A DNA stretch of 64,000 nt from Camelus dromedarius (taxonomy: Eukaryota), in assembly GCF_036321535.1 (NCBI RefSeq), contig NC_087436.1:104906001-104970000 (forward strand), given 5' to 3'. The notes under the pieces are model-generated. The model was not told the origin of the DNA. It ran no database searches and saw nothing but the letters and a program-made list of their open reading frames with translations. This document shows positions 61,370 through 64,000 of this stretch, in pieces. The translations under genes and the position numbers were made by a program. Every line of letters begins with the position of its first letter. Position 1 is the first letter of the stretch.

Positions 61370-62049
61370 ACCAGTCACCACCAAAGGTGTAAGTAAGTCC
61401 TCCTGTTGACCTGCAGACCTTGATGGGAGTGAACCAGAACTCCTGTTCTCCTAGACAGAGGGTGAATTGTAAAGGAAACATCTGGAGAATATAGTGACAC
61501 TTGTGTATCCACACACATCCGCGCACACAAACACCTTCTCCCTGTCTCTAGGTTGGCCCTACGAAAATGGAGGTGAAAAGTTGGCCAGCAAAGACACCCT
61601 GCCCTAAGCTGGGGCTGTGCACTCATTGAGAAGGATTGGGCCATTAGCCCAATTCAGTTTCGGGCCCCAGAAGCCCATTCTGCACGCCATCTGGGATTAA
61701 AGGACTTTAACCAGATGGAAAAACTTTATCACACAGCATGCTTGCCCTCTGGTGTCTTTTACAGCCATCTAATTGCCTGCAAGTTTCAAACTGACTCACT
61801 GAGGAATTTGAACTCCCATGTCCTAACGTTCAACTCTGGATGAATAGAGACATATTCCAAGAAATAGTATTTCCTAAGTCGTCATGTGGAGAGGAGGACA
61901 TGCACCTTGGCTCCAAGTCGACTTCTTTCCCATCTTCTTTCCCTCTCCTAACACTGCAAACACATCACATTTCCCACCCCAGCTCTCTCTCTTGCCAGGG
62001 ATTTTTTAATTTTTATTTTGTTGCTTTTGCTTATCTTTTTATGATTGTA

Positions 62050-63889
62050 AAATTTATGCTTATGCTTAATGAAAAGTTTAAGATAGTATAATAAAAAAGT
62101 TACCTATTATCTATGCATTTTTTATTTAATAAAGATTATACTGTGTATAAAATTTTGATTCCTTCTTTTTCCATATTTCTTCCTTGGTTTCTAATGGCAT
62201 TGTTGCTATTGTGAGTGATATTTCTTTGCACTTTCTTTAGAAGTGGCTAAAACTTTTGGAATCATGGTAAATAGTTGTGGTGGTAATAACTGTGGAGACT
62301 TTGTCTTCTTCCTGATTTTAATGGGAATGATTTTGGTGTTTTAAGCATGATGTTAATTCTTATTTATAGCTGTTAGATGTTGGCTATTGAGAGAGATGTT
62401 CTATATCATGAAAAGAAATCATGTTTTTTAAATTGAAGTTTACTTTTTAAAATCAATCAGAAATAGATACTGGAGTTTATTAAATTTTTTCAAAATTATC
62501 TGCCAAGAGAACAGATATTGATGTGAGCTTTAGAAGTTTTATATTAAATCTTTCTTACATTCCTGACCTAACGTCATTTGGTGTTTTATATATATAAAAA
62601 TTACGAATTCTGGGTGCGACTTGATGCTGATATATTTAAAAATCCTTACGAAGGATGTGAGCCACACGTGAAATGTAAATCACCAAACTTGACTCAAGAA
62701 ATAGGTAACCTCAACAAAGCAGTAACCATGAAAGAAAAGCTGATTGCCTCCACAAAAATGCTGGGCTGAGTACTTAGAACATTCTTTTTAAAAAGACCTT
62801 TGAAGAATAAGTAATCCCCATGATAAAGAAATTATTCTAGGACAAGGAAGAGCAGAAACTTTAGACTGTGTCACAATTCCATTTTTAAAGCTAATTCAGG
62901 CACAAAGTTTTTTTTTTTTTAAAGGGATAGATGATGTTTACTTACATAAAGAGAGACAAAAATTTTAAACAAAACTCCAGTACATAAACCTAAGCATGAT
63001 TGATTGCTAGATCTGTCAAATAGAGGTATACCAAAATGTGCAACAACTTTTAAGCGATTATTGATAAATTACTTTGACTTCTCTGATCCTGGCTCCTGAA
63101 ATGCAGAAAATGAAAAACAGAGATTTTAATGCTTTGTTGTTCATAAGGAAGTTGGCAGTAAGCTGCAGTAGGTAAAGTGCATAGTACCTGGTACCTGGGA
63201 AATATTTGATAAATATGGGCTACTTTTATGCATCTAATAGTGGGTATTTGAGTTTTTCACTTTCTTTTTTACTATAAGTTCTTTTTAAAATAGATCTTAA
63301 GTGAAATTTTATCTATTTTATTATTGTTTATTAAAATCTGAGACTGTTTACTTATCCCTTCCATTTTCTGATTTAATTTTTTTTTTCTATTTTATCTTTG
63401 TACTTCCTTTCTCTGGACTTCCTCCAGGCTACTTTGCTTTCTAGCTTCTTTAGTTTACTGCATCATTCTGTTACTGTCATTCTTGCCTGTTTAATAATGA
63501 AAGCATTTGCCACTTTGAATTTGCTTCTAATTACAGCTTTGTCGGGTCCTACAGGCTTGCTGTGTACTGTGCCCATTCCTGCTATTTTCTAAGTATCTTA
63601 CAGTTACATTTTGGTCTCATCTTTGACAAAAGAATTACTTAGGAGAGAATTCCTATATTTTCATAGGGTTGGCTCTTTCCATTGATCCTATTTTCGTTAT
63701 TAATATTGACTAGGGAGTGCGTTGAATAATTTGTGCTTTGGGGAATGTATCAGCATTTTTTTGTTGGACATATATAATTAATTTCATAATTATCTGTGAG
63801 TAGAAGAGCTTTATGTTTGTAGAAAAAGGGAGTCCAATATTTATCTATTAACTTGATCTTATTGATTGTATCATTCAGACTTTCTGTAT
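62050..63889. mobile_element. Ancient L1 fragments, mostly antisense with a sense piece at ~62640-62990
   Basis: cttcctgattttaatgggaatg, aacttgactcaagaaatagg, aatttgcttctaattacagcttt. Confidence 0.6.
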
Positions 63890-64000
63890 CAGTGCTGTCC
63901 ATAGAAATATTCTGTGAGCAACATATGTGACTTAAAGTTTTCTAGTAGCCATGTTAAAAAAAGTTTTAAAAAGGTGAAATTAATTTTAATTATCATATTT
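63890..64000. mobile_element. MER33-like hAT-Charlie element, cut by the window end
   Basis: cagtgctgtcc-atagaaata...ttttctagtagccatgttaaaaa...ggtgaaattaattttaat. Confidence 0.75.

Noticed and set aside
38211..64000. A second protein-coding gene or processed pseudogene downstream of SEL1L3
   Set aside because: I found no spliceable exon chain or recognisable protein on either strand; small or non-coding exons cannot be excluded by eye.

Overview
This window is mammalian genomic DNA, most likely from a camelid (inferred from five tRNA-Ala(AGC)-derived SINEs resembling the camelid Vic-1 family and from artiodactyl-type L1 3' ends). Bases 1-~38210 hold the 3' part of SEL1L3 on the + strand. I could splice 13 coding exons by hand (1415..37205). 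All have GT-AG junctions and consistent phases, and together they give 1443 nt (480 aa plus stop), covering Sel1-like repeats, a transmembrane helix and a Pro/Ala/Thr-rich tail ending NNPEPRG*. A ~1 kb 3' UTR follows. The rest (~38.2-64 kb) is intergenic and dominated by old transposon fossils (L1M, L2, MIR, MER20/53/58/5/33, MaLR, ERVL and ERV1 LTRs) plus a few younger lineage-specific SINE and L1 inserts. Nearly all ORFs in the supplied track are spurious. I found no convincing novel multi-gene system. The best leads are isoform-level (a stop-free, in-frame 81-nt intron right at the membrane anchor, and alternative C-termini) and candidate regulatory motifs. Repeat family names come from recalled consensus sequences, not from a database search, and repeat boundaries are approximate.
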